In this document: positions 1-8,492 of the stretch, piece after piece
How the letters are laid out: each line of letters starts with the position of its first letter
Position numbering within the stretch: position 1 is the first letter of the stretch
The notes under the pieces: model-generated
What the model was told of the DNA's origin: nothing
What the model saw: the letters and a program-made list of their open reading frames with translations, nothing else
Databases searched by the model: none
Made by a program: the position numbers and the translations under genes
From: Limisphaerales bacterium
Lineage (GTDB): Bacteria > Verrucomicrobiota > Verrucomicrobiia > Limisphaerales > UBA11358
Direction of reading: 5' to 3'
Assembly: GCA_003134375.1 (NCBI GenBank)
Contig: PLAY01000151.1
Span: 1 to 59,113, forward strand
Length of the DNA stretch: 59,113 nt

Positions 1-560
1 ATTGAATGCAAAATAGTATGAGGTGGCAAACGGCCTTGTCCTCGTCGGTAAATAGCATGAACAGATGCATCAAGCAGCCAGATGCCCATCCTGTAAAGCT
101 CCCTCAACGTATCAATCTTCCACCTCATTCGGTCTTTGAAATCCGCCCCATCTTCACGCCGGGGCTGTGGGTCACGAAAAGCAACCCGACCAAAGATGTC
201 CCAATATAAAGGCGTCCCTGCATTACTGACATGAGCAGCCTTTGGAAAAGTCAATTCACTCTCTCCGTAAGCAAGACAATAGACAAAACGAACGAAATGA
301 TTTGGTGGCAAGTTCGCTTCGGATTTGATGAATGGTCTTATTTTGGTTCCATCAAGTTGAAATTCCAGTTCCGGCTTTGTTGTATATACGTGAGATTCTG
401 CGACGAGAATCAGCTTTGGTGGCTCTGGTTTCCAATACTCACGATGCTTTTCAACTTCAATGGCGATCTCAACACTTTCTGGCGTATACTTAAATCGTTG
501 AAGCAACTGGGTACCCGCAGCGTGGGTTTGCCTTAAGTAGTTCAACGCTTTTGATGTCAT
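1..560 (-). CDS. Hypothetical protein, possibly uracil-DNA-glycosylase-like fold; runs off the window edge
   Basis: Manually translated open frame from ATG at 560, overlapping the ffh stop as ATGA: MTSKALNYL...REYWKPEPPKLILVAESH...GIWLLDAS. No stop before position 1, so it is absent from the supplied ORF track. Visibly AT-richer than ffh. Confidence 0.6.
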   Translation of the reverse strand, partial: MTSKALNYLRQTHAAGTQLLQRFKYTPESVEIAIEVEKHREYWKPEPPKLILVAESHVYTTKPELEFQLDGTKIRPFIKSEANLPPNHFVRFVYCLAYGESELTFPKAAHVSNAGTPLYWDIFGRVAFRDPQPRREDGADFKDRMRWKIDTLRELYRMGIWLLDASVHAIYRRGQGRLPPHTILHS

Positions 561-1903
561 CTCCGCAACATCCCCGGCAGGCCGCCGCCCATCCTGGCCA
601 TCATCTTCTGGAACTTGCCCATCTTCTTCATCATCTGCTGCATCTGGCCGAACTTGTTCAGCATGGTGTTCAATTCCGTCACGCTCACGCCGCTGCCTTT
701 GGCGATGCGGATGCGGCGCTTGGCGTTCAGGATGGCGGGATTCAGGCGTTCCTTGGGCGTCATGCCGCAGATCATCGCCTCCATGTGCTTGAACTCCTTC
801 TCCTGCTTCGATAAATCGCCCTGCTGCTTCAACATCTCCGCGCCGCCGGGCAACATGCCGACGATGGATTCCAGCGAGCCGAGCTTTTTCATCTGGCGCA
901 ATTGCTCCAGAAAATCCTCCAGCGTGAACTGACCCTTGCGCATCTTTTCTTCCATGCGCTTCGCATCGTCCAGGTCCACGGCTTCGGCGGCCTTCTCGAC
1001 CAGGCTGACGACGTCGCCCATGCCGAGAATCCGCGACGCCATGCGTTCGGGATGAAACGGCTCGAACTCATCCAGCTTTTCACCCGTGCCGCCGAATTTG
1101 ATGGGCTTGCCGGTCACGGCCTTCAAACTCAACGCCGCGCCGCCGCGCGCGTCGCCGTCGAGCTTCGTCAAAATGGAACCGGTGATTTGCAGCGCCTGGT
1201 CAAAATGCGTGGCCACATTCACGGCTTCCTGGCCGGTGGCGGCGTCGAGCACGAGCAGGATTTCCGACGGCTTCACGAGGTCGCGCAACCGGACGAGTTC
1301 CTGCACCAGCGGTTCGTCAATTTGCAACCGGCCGGCGGTGTCGAAAATCAAAACATTGCGGCTGTTCGCTATGGCAAAGTCGAGGGCTTCGCGGGCGATT
1401 TTCAAAACATCCGTTTCGCCGCGTTTGACAAAGATGGGAATTTCAATCTGCTTGCCGAGCGTTTCCAATTGATCCATTGCCGCCGGGCGGTTTACGTCCG
1501 CCGCCACGAGCAACGGCTGGCGTCCCTGTTTTTGGAGCAGCCGCGCCAGTTTGCCGCTCGAGGTGGTTTTGCCCGAACCGTGCAAACCGACCATCAGGAT
1601 GCAACTGGGGCTGCCGCTGAGATTTAGCCCGGCGTTGGTCGAGCCGAGCAGGTCCACGAGTTCGTCGTAGATGATTTTGATGATTTGCTGGCCGGGCTGG
1701 ACGCTTTGGATGACTCCCGCGCCGATGGCTTTGGTTTTGACGCGCTCGATGAAATCGCGGGCGACCTTGAAATTCACGTCGGCTTCCAGCAGCGCCATGC
1801 GGACCTCGCGGAGGGAGTCGGTGACGTTGGCCTCGGAAATTTTTCCAAGCCCGCGCAGGTTGCGAAAGGCGTTCTGGAGTTTGCCGCTTAACGAATCGAA
1901 CAT
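557..1903 (-). CDS. ffh: Signal recognition particle protein Ffh
   Basis: NG domain with GLHGSGKTT, DTAGR and TKLDGDARGG motifs; Met-rich M domain. Confidence 0.98.
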   Translation of the reverse strand: MFDSLSGKLQNAFRNLRGLGKISEANVTDSLREVRMALLEADVNFKVARDFIERVKTKAIGAGVIQSVQPGQQIIKIIYDELVDLLGSTNAGLNLSGSPSCILMVGLHGSGKTTSSGKLARLLQKQGRQPLLVAADVNRPAAMDQLETLGKQIEIPIFVKRGETDVLKIAREALDFAIANSRNVLIFDTAGRLQIDEPLVQELVRLRDLVKPSEILLVLDAATGQEAVNVATHFDQALQITGSILTKLDGDARGGAALSLKAVTGKPIKFGGTGEKLDEFEPFHPERMASRILGMGDVVSLVEKAAEAVDLDDAKRMEEKMRKGQFTLEDFLEQLRQMKKLGSLESIVGMLPGGAEMLKQQGDLSKQEKEFKHMEAMICGMTPKERLNPAILNAKRRIRIAKGSGVSVTELNTMLNKFGQMQQMMKKMGKFQKMMARMGGGLPGMLRR

Positions 1904-1932
1904 CGGGTTAAGCTATCGCAGAAGCGTGCGGA

Positions 1933-1961
1933 TTGACAAGGCTCGTGCGGTTTGGCTTAAT
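1933..1961 (+). promoter_or_regulatory. Putative sigma70 promoter of tRNA-Tyr
   Basis: TTGACA at 1933-1938, 17-bp spacer, TG-n-CTTAAT, about 15 bp upstream of the tRNA. Confidence 0.5.
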
Positions 1962-1976
1962 CCGTGTCCCTTACGT

Positions 1977-2061
1977 GGTAGGTTACCCAAGTGGCCAACG
2001 GGGGCAGACTGTAAATCTGCTGGCTATGCCTTCGATGGTTCGAATCCATCACCTACCACCA
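1977..2061 (+). tRNA. tRNA-Tyr (GTA)
   Basis: Cloverleaf GGTAGGT...ACCTACC-ACCA, anticodon loop CTGTAAA, GTTCGAATC T-loop, long variable arm, encoded CCA. Confidence 0.98.
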
Positions 2062-2062
2062 C
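2004..2062 (+). repeat. attL core of element 1 (inside tRNA-Tyr)
   Basis: Identical to 14510-14568. Confidence 0.95.
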
Positions 2063-2486
2063 TCTTTCTTTACGAATGGAAAGTGGATTTTAGACAAATA
2101 AATCAATTGTTTTAAGGGCATTGCTGTTTTCAACCTTTGCGTTTTGGTGCTTTTGCCGTCTCTTGCGTTCCCGTCCTGTTCGATGCGGATAAAGCAATCA
2201 TAAAGCAATCAATGTCCTAAAGCCGAAAACCGCCCCCGTTTCACCAAGCACACGCAAAACGCGCGTCCAGCGGAATCCAGCGCACGGCAAACGGCATCGT
2301 GGTGAATGTTCGGGTGAAGTTTCGGAATTTAAGGAATCCATTTTTTCGCGGGGGCGACCCGTCCCCGCCGAGTGCCGGGGGGAGGGGGATTTTGCAACCG
2401 TCATTCGTTTAGGAGTCCCGCGCTTTGAGCGAAGCCTGTTTTGAGGCAGGGCTGCTTGCTGCACGGTTTGACATCCGCCCGCGTCA

Positions 2487-2804
2487 TCAGCTTTTACTTT
2501 GGGCGATTAGTGACAGCACATCACTTTCGAGAAAACCACATGACCTTGTTCTCCCTGGCAGCTTTAACTTTTTCAGAATCCCGGACGCGGCAAGCTTATC
2601 CACCGTTCGGAGCGATACTGCCAAAAGACCGGCGACCTCGTCACGACGAATACAACGCTGGCGAACTACCGGCACGGCGTCTGGTTTTAGGGACTCGTCA
2701 TCGCCATTGCGGAGCATCGCCACGAGTCGGGCGCGCTTGGCAGGCGTGATTGTCGGATCGGCCTTCAATCCAGCTTTGAGCAGTTCAATTGTCGTGACAA
2801 GCAT
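2487..2804 (-). CDS. AlpA/excisionase-like HTH protein (paralogue of 11524-11844)
   Basis: IRRDEVAGLLAVSLRTVDKL HTH; aligns end to end with the 11524-11844 product. Confidence 0.8.
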   Translation of the reverse strand: MLVTTIELLKAGLKADPTITPAKRARLVAMLRNGDDESLKPDAVPVVRQRCIRRDEVAGLLAVSLRTVDKLAASGILKKLKLPGRTRSCGFLESDVLSLIAQSKS

Positions 2805-3965
2805 GGTTCAGTTTTAGAATGACTTTATGCAAACCAGCGACCGGGCAGGCGTTCCAGACACACGGGATTTCAAGCGCGGGTGACAGCATTGCCGAAAAGG
2901 AAAGTGTCCTGTCGAGGTGTCCGACTACATCCTGAATGTGATCCAATTGGCTCCGGTTGAACTCGCGGCACGCTGGCATTCGCATGGCATGAACCTACCG
3001 GTTTTGGATGAGGCACGCCCTACCCCTCGTCAAAACGAGGATTCTGCGTCCGCGCTATGGACGCGGTGAAGCTGCGATCTAACCGGCAAATGGCCGCGCC
3101 GATGTCCGTAGCCACGGGCAGTCCGTGCCCAGTCCGTGACCACAGCCGCGTCCGCAGTTTTTCCGTGGGCGCGCACACTCCATGACCCGGCACAATCCGT
3201 GTCCTTGAATAATCCGAAACCATGACCGCTGCCGCAGTCATGGATTGTCCGTGTTCAGTCCGCGTCCGCGTTCTCGCCGTGAACCAACCGTGTCCCGATT
3301 CTTGGACTGGCCGGAAAATGTCCGCGATACGGTGGAATTATTTCCTGTGTGATTTCCAGCCAACGGCTGCGACACTTCCCGCGTGAATCCTTAATCGCCC
3401 TCTGACTCCCGGCGAAGCGAGCATCGTCAAGGTGGAAGTCGCCGGGCATTACGGCGAAACTACCTTGACGACGCGCAGCGAGCCACACAATCGAAGGGCG
3501 ATTCACGCGGAGCCGGAGGTGAACCCGGCGCGGATGCGGACTGGACACGGATAGTTCGAGGTCACGGGCTGGATGCGGACATTCGCGGCCTGGCCACGGT
3601 CACGGACTGGACAAGACCACGGCCATCATGCCGGGCTATGGCGCGGATATTCCGCGTCCAAACCGCGACCGCTTCGCGGACGCTGAATCCTCGTTTTGAC
3701 GAGGAGTAAGGCTTGTCTGCGTAAAAAGCCTTCAAGTGAAGGCGGCAAATGGTGGCAAATGTGCGGTGGCAAAAGGCGACAAATTGCAACAAATTCGTTG
3801 TCGCCTTTTGCCGCAATTTGACACTGGTGCGGATGCGGCTCGATTCATTGGCCGAATGGTTAAGGGGATGGTGTCTTCCAAAAATTGCCCGCAGATAAGG
3901 GCAAGATAAACACGAGATATTCGCCTGAATGGGATGTTGGCGGATGCTCCGCTACTGTCACCGGG

Positions 3966-4150
3966 GCCGTGCGCGTGAATCAGAGGCGTGATGGTGCGTC
4001 GCCGGTCGTCGCGTCAATCTATTGCTCGCCTCATCCGGCTGTGCTCCAGATTGCACCCGCCGCCCGGCTCCGGGGTTTTTGCCTCTATGATTCTGCGCCC
4101 GGAGAATTGCTTTGCGAAGATGATGGCAAATTTACGGACGCGGCTTACGA
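3966..4150. repeat. Structured non-coding repeat, copy A
   Basis: Near-identical reverse-complement copy at 47434-47572; partial copies at 41920-42017 and 43605-43667. Confidence 0.9.
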
Positions 4151-4159
4151 ATAGGCACA

Positions 4160-4861
4160 TCATTTGTTTTCATCGTCTTTGCGGATAACCATAATTTTAT
4201 TCTGCGCAATCGCGTCCTCAAAAACCGCAGGATTCTCGGCGAGCGATTGTGTCGCATACTCCTTCTCTGCATTGTCCGCTATCATAAAAAACATCAAACC
4301 CCATAATGCTGACAAGGCAAAAAAGGTGTAATAGCTGTGAATCCCGAAACGAAACCAAGATACTATCAGACCGATGAGAAGGAAGGCTCCAATGGAGGGC
4401 TGCTTTTTCTGATTGTAGATGAGGCGAGCACCGATGCGCGTTGCAATGGCGGACACAACAATCCCACTCAGTAGCCACCAATCGTGCTCGTGCCACGCCC
4501 ACAAAGGAATAGCAAAAGCCGGGGCAACCATGTAAAGCAGAACCAAAATGCTAAAAATAGTCCGCCGCGCCCCTCTGATAAATTGGTATGGCTCACCGGA
4601 GATGCACTTAAATCCCATCGTTCCGCTCTGCACGCCGACAACAAAGTCGGCATGAGTGATGCCCTGATTGGCTTTTGCAACGTCGGCTTCCAACGCAGCC
4701 TGAAACTCCGGTGTCTTCGTCCTTTCCCATGCTGCCTTGGTCAATTCCTGCATTGGGTTGAAGCTCGCAGTGCAGTTCGGACACGAAACAACGGTATTGA
4801 AGACCTCACCTGCTACCTCGAAGGTTGTCCTGCAACGTGGACAAGTGGCTTTTTGGTTCAT
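4160..4861 (-). CDS. Zn-ribbon plus multi-pass membrane hypothetical protein
   Basis: CPRC...CPNC followed by about four hydrophobic segments; start placed at MNQKATC to avoid overlap with the upstream gene. Confidence 0.75.
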   Translation of the reverse strand: MNQKATCPRCRTTFEVAGEVFNTVVSCPNCTASFNPMQELTKAAWERTKTPEFQAALEADVAKANQGITHADFVVGVQSGTMGFKCISGEPYQFIRGARRTIFSILVLLYMVAPAFAIPLWAWHEHDWWLLSGIVVSAIATRIGARLIYNQKKQPSIGAFLLIGLIVSWFRFGIHSYYTFFALSALWGLMFFMIADNAEKEYATQSLAENPAVFEDAIAQNKIMVIRKDDENK

Positions 4862-4874
4862 AGCTTTTATACCA

Positions 4875-5231
4875 TCAGTTCTCCGGGTTGCCGGGTGGTG
4901 GGACAAATTTTTGCGGACGATTGGTTTTGCCATCGCGTGACCACGCGGGTTTAACGACAATCACCCAAACCATGCCGGTTACGGCGGCAAGTGCCAACCA
5001 TTCGACCAAAAGTGTTTTCAAATCAATTTCAATGCTCCACGCGCCGCCTTTGGTATCCGGTGGAGAAAGAATAAATTCGTGACCTGCTGGCGTTCTCTGG
5101 TGAGCATGATACGGAACGTCCAAGACATTCAGCCACGGCGGAAAAAGGCAGGTCAAGATGAACATGGCAAGTGCCGTTAAGCAAAGGATGCGCGCCCGAT
5201 TTGGCCGTTGGTTTGATTCCGTGGAGATCAT
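4875..5231 (-). CDS. Small membrane hypothetical protein
   Basis: Two hydrophobic segments; same strand and spacing as neighbouring cargo genes. Confidence 0.65.
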   Translation of the reverse strand: MISTESNQRPNRARILCLTALAMFILTCLFPPWLNVLDVPYHAHQRTPAGHEFILSPPDTKGGAWSIEIDLKTLLVEWLALAAVTGMVWVIVVKPAWSRDGKTNRPQKFVPPPGNPEN

Positions 5232-5240
5232 GTCACCGTT

Positions 5241-5477
5241 TTAATGTGATTGAACTGGAACGCAACTGTTCAGATAAACACAAAGCAGGATCATCGCTGC
5301 CAATCCAATGCAAAGATATTTGTAAATGTCCCGCGCTTGTTCCGCCTTATCGCGCTCTTTGACCAACTTGGAAATTTCGCGTTGATGAAATTCGTATGCC
5401 TCCTCCGCCACCCAGACTCCGCCAATCATAGCGCGCCGGTTTGTTGGCTCGTCGGCATGATTTGGTGGCGTGTTCAT
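5241..5477 (-). CDS. Small hypothetical protein with C-terminal TM helix
   Basis: ATG overlaps the stop of 5474-6019 (ATGA); coiled segment then hydrophobic helix. Confidence 0.55.
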   Translation of the reverse strand: MNTPPNHADEPTNRRAMIGGVWVAEEAYEFHQREISKLVKERDKAEQARDIYKYLCIGLAAMILLCVYLNSCVPVQSH

Positions 5478-6019
5478 TCCGGTTGGGACGGTTGATGTTG
5501 GGTTTCGTCCTCCGTCGGTAAAAGCAAGTCGGGTTGAATTTCCCTGATCCATTGCTTGAAGTCATCCCGATAATACTCTGGATGTCGCCGAATTTCTTGG
5601 ACGTTATTTGGATTCAAAATTATCCGCACCCACGATTTCTCCAGCTCGTTTTTCTCTTTCTCCAGCTTGTTTTGTTCTTTGGCATAAGCAGCAACCAAGA
5701 ACCAAAAAAACACTCCAAACAGAATCAGGAAAAAACCACTACCGGAGTCGCGCAAGACCTCGATGCAAAACCCTTGATGTCTTATGGTTTCAGCAAGATG
5801 GATCGCTGAAAGGCCGATGAACAAACCGAGTCCAGCACCCGCAAACATCAAATTGATGATTAGAAGATTGTCGCTATTACCGGCTAGGAAAAACAGAAGC
5901 ACGGCGACTGCTGCAAGAATGATGAAGTCGTTGCCTGTGCTACAGGCTGCGAGCATGAGTGCGGCCAGCCCAACAAACTTAATAAACTTAACTGCGAGGG
6001 CGGAATTTTTAGTTTTCAT
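5474..6019 (-). CDS. Membrane hypothetical protein
   Basis: Three to four hydrophobic segments and a charged coiled-coil tail. Confidence 0.7.
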   Translation of the reverse strand: MKTKNSALAVKFIKFVGLAALMLAACSTGNDFIILAAVAVLLFFLAGNSDNLLIINLMFAGAGLGLFIGLSAIHLAETIRHQGFCIEVLRDSGSGFFLILFGVFFWFLVAAYAKEQNKLEKEKNELEKSWVRIILNPNNVQEIRRHPEYYRDDFKQWIREIQPDLLLPTEDETQHQPSQPE

Positions 6020-6084
6020 GGACTTGTCTTCCCTTGTGAGAATTGGCCGCGCAGAAAAATAGGCGTAGTTTCAAATGCTGCCTG

Positions 6085-7029
6085 TCACCACACAAAGCCG
6101 GTTTGTGTGCGGGGTTTATTTTGAAAATGAGAAAGAAAGAAACAGCGGCGGACAAGGAGTGCGGGAATACCAACGGCCAGCAACCCAAAAACCGATGGTT
6201 CAGGAATCTCGATGGCCAGTCCAACCGGGTTATCCAACCCAGAGGCGTAGGTGCTTTGTGCTCCGCCCGGCGTCAATTCGATGATGTTATTGGCACCCCC
6301 ATTCGCCACAAACAGGTTGCCCGCGCCGTTAAAGACCAGCCCATTAGGAGCGGACAACCCGGAGGCGAAGGTGCTTTCCACTCCGCCCGGCGTGATTTCA
6401 GTAACGCCACCGCCACCGGGCACTCCGTTGTCTTCATCCGCTACAAACAGATTGCCTGCGCTGTCAAAGGCTAGTCCCCAAGGAACCGCCAACCCGGAGG
6501 CAAATGTGCTTTGAACTCCGCTTGGTGTGAATTCATAGATATTGCCACTGTGCATATCTGCCTCATACAAGTCACCCGCGCTGTTAAAAGCCAATCCAGC
6601 AGGATCAACCAACCCGGAGGCAAAGGTTGCCCGCACTCCGCCCGGTGTGATTACAATGATGTTATTGGCACCCCCATTCGCCACAAACAGGTTGCCCGCG
6701 CTGTCAAAGGCCAGCCCATAAGGAACATTAAACCCGGAGGCAAAGGTGCTTTTGACTCCCCCCGACGTGATTTCATAGATGTTGCCACTCTGGGAATCCG
6801 CCACAAACAAATCACCCATACTGTTAAAGGCCAGCCCTTCAGGACCACCCAAACCGGAGGCAAAAATGCTTTGCACGCCGCCCGGCGTCAATTCGATGAT
6901 GTTGTTGGCGCTACCGTTATTCGCCACAAACAGATTTTGAGCCTGTGCGCTGGAGGCAATCAGCAGGACTGCTCCCGCACAAACCGCTCCGGTGAATGAA
7001 TGACACACTATTCGATTGTTTATTTTCAT
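6085..7029 (-). CDS. Secreted NHL-repeat beta-propeller protein with PEP-CTERM sorting signal
   Basis: Signal peptide, about six FASGL..P.GLAF(N/D)..G.LFVA repeats, C-terminal IPEPSVFGLLAVGIPALLVRR. Confidence 0.9.
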   Translation of the reverse strand: MKINNRIVCHSFTGAVCAGAVLLIASSAQAQNLFVANNGSANNIIELTPGGVQSIFASGLGGPEGLAFNSMGDLFVADSQSGNIYEITSGGVKSTFASGFNVPYGLAFDSAGNLFVANGGANNIIVITPGGVRATFASGLVDPAGLAFNSAGDLYEADMHSGNIYEFTPSGVQSTFASGLAVPWGLAFDSAGNLFVADEDNGVPGGGGVTEITPGGVESTFASGLSAPNGLVFNGAGNLFVANGGANNIIELTPGGAQSTYASGLDNPVGLAIEIPEPSVFGLLAVGIPALLVRRCFFLSHFQNKPRTQTGFVW

Positions 7030-7323
7030 AGTCGTAGTTCTTTCGCCACGTGTCCCCGCCTGCCACCAAAGAAAATGGGCGTGACCTACTCACGCTCCCT
7101 CACAGGCACAGGAATGCCCTCAAAAGAACGCTTTCAGACACGCCCGAGGGGGCGTGCCTTCAAACGCTGTCTTTTGAGTCGAAATTTCCTGTTTCGTGAG
7201 TGACAGCAGCCGAAGCCGCAAATTTTATTGTTTTGGTTTGTTCGCTACATTCGTTTTTTTGAACCGCTGATGATTCAAGCAAATGGCGGTGGTCAAAGCA
7301 AGAATTGCTGGCGGGCGGGCAGA

Positions 7324-7470
7324 CTGGTGGAGGGCATCCTCGCGGCCAAGCGCACCGGCAACGCTGCCACGGTGGCGGCGTTGGAATCAGAAATAGACGC
7401 GCATGTTTTCCGCCTCTATGCCCTCACCCCCGCCGAAATCGCCCTGGTCAAATCCACCACCGTCAAATGA
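7324..7470 (+). pseudogene. C-terminal remnant of a Type IIG/Eco57I-like restriction-modification protein
   Basis: LVEGILAAKR...ALESEIDAHVFRLYALTPAEIALV matches the typical C-terminus of these enzymes; no upstream body; abrupt rise in GC. Confidence 0.7.
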
Positions 7471-7479
7471 AGGTGTATC

Positions 7480-8115
7480 TTAATTTGCAAGTTTGGCGAC
7501 GTTTGGGTGCGGCCAAAGTTCTGATTTTCTGATGCGGGTCTGCATTGCTTGCCGTGAAACGCCAAAATGACCATGCAGCGCCCGGCAGCAGAAATCTAAA
7601 ACTTCTTCTTTCCCCTGATTGAAAAAACCTTCCCGTTCCGCATCGGCAACGGCTTCGGCCAATGCGGTCGAAAGTTCTTTTGTGGGCATCAAAAACCGTC
7701 CGGCAAATTCGTCCGCCTGCCATTCAATCCAGTTATATTCGGCCACCGGAATTGCATTGATAAACGCAATCCACTGTTTGATCGTTCCAAATTTAACTGC
7801 CCCATAAATGTCTTTATGAAGAAACAGGTGAGCCAATTCATGGGCGGCAGAAAATCGCAGCCTGGGTTGCAGGGAAGGCTCTTTGAAAACCATGCCGTCA
7901 AACCAAATGCCGGTCAAATCAGGGCGAAGGAAAGCATCCTGTTTAAGTTGATGGATGGGAGCAAAATCAAATTCCAACCCCAAATCAAATTCCGCAAATC
8001 CCAAAACATCTATGGGAATTTTTTGTGCAGATTTATATTGCCCACGAATTTGAGCCGCACTGACCTCGATTTCCTCTTTTGAGAGATAGGGCGCTTTGAA
8101 TTTGGCCGGATTCAC
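7480..8115 (-). CDS. ImmA/IrrE-family metallopeptidase
   Basis: RLRFSAAHELAH (HExxH) and EWQADEFAGRFLMP motifs. Confidence 0.9.
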   Translation of the reverse strand: MNPAKFKAPYLSKEEIEVSAAQIRGQYKSAQKIPIDVLGFAEFDLGLEFDFAPIHQLKQDAFLRPDLTGIWFDGMVFKEPSLQPRLRFSAAHELAHLFLHKDIYGAVKFGTIKQWIAFINAIPVAEYNWIEWQADEFAGRFLMPTKELSTALAEAVADAEREGFFNQGKEEVLDFCCRALHGHFGVSRQAMQTRIRKSELWPHPNVAKLAN

Positions 8116-8122
8116 GTCGCCC

Positions 8123-8482
8123 TTATGAGTTTTTCAGGATTTCTGCCAGTTTTTCCAAATCTTTAGTGGTGGGTTTTTTGCCGGTTGCCGTTCGGAAAAA
8201 GACCGGCAGGCGTTTTACCAATTCGGCATCATTCATCACATATTGAGGAATTTTCCCCGCGTCAATCGCCGCATAGTCGAAAATCAATTCGCGTTCTTTG
8301 GAGTCTTCAGACAGGCCGAGGATGACGGCAATCCGGTTGAGAAGCCTCTGATCTTGAGGGGGTGGCAGGACGCCGCGCTCGATTTTGCTCCAATTGCTGG
8401 GGTCGCAATCAGTAGCGATGCAAAATTCGCGCAATCCCAAACGCCGTTCCGCCCGCAGTTTTTTTAGAAATTTGCCGAACAT
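8123..8482 (-). CDS. XRE-family HTH transcriptional regulator
   Basis: MFGKFLKKLRAERRLGLREFC...PSNWSKIERG; directly upstream of the peptidase gene. Confidence 0.9.
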   Translation of the reverse strand: MFGKFLKKLRAERRLGLREFCIATDCDPSNWSKIERGVLPPPQDQRLLNRIAVILGLSEDSKERELIFDYAAIDAGKIPQYVMNDAELVKRLPVFFRTATGKKPTTKDLEKLAEILKNS

Positions 8483-8492
8483 AATCTTGCCT

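Noticed and set aside
3848-3905. tRNA-like D-arm TGGCCGAATGGTTAAGG and CTTCCAA loop
   Set aside because: No T-arm, acceptor stem or well-paired anticodon stem.
3966-4098. Canonical integron attC / integron integrase
   Set aside because: No RYYYAAC/GTTRRRY core boxes, and neither integrase shows an evident IntI-specific insertion; kept only as an analogy.
3885-4154. ORFs sharing the peptide YCSPHPAVL...GFCLYDSA (also 47256-47612 and 43534-43740)
   Set aside because: The shared peptide is a by-product of the DNA repeat; an indel shifts the frame between copies and the starts are unrelated.
6085-7029. Regularly spaced DNA repeats resembling a CRISPR array
   Set aside because: They are the codons of NHL protein repeats in one open frame; no unique spacers and no cas genes. 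No CRISPR array was seen anywhere in the window.
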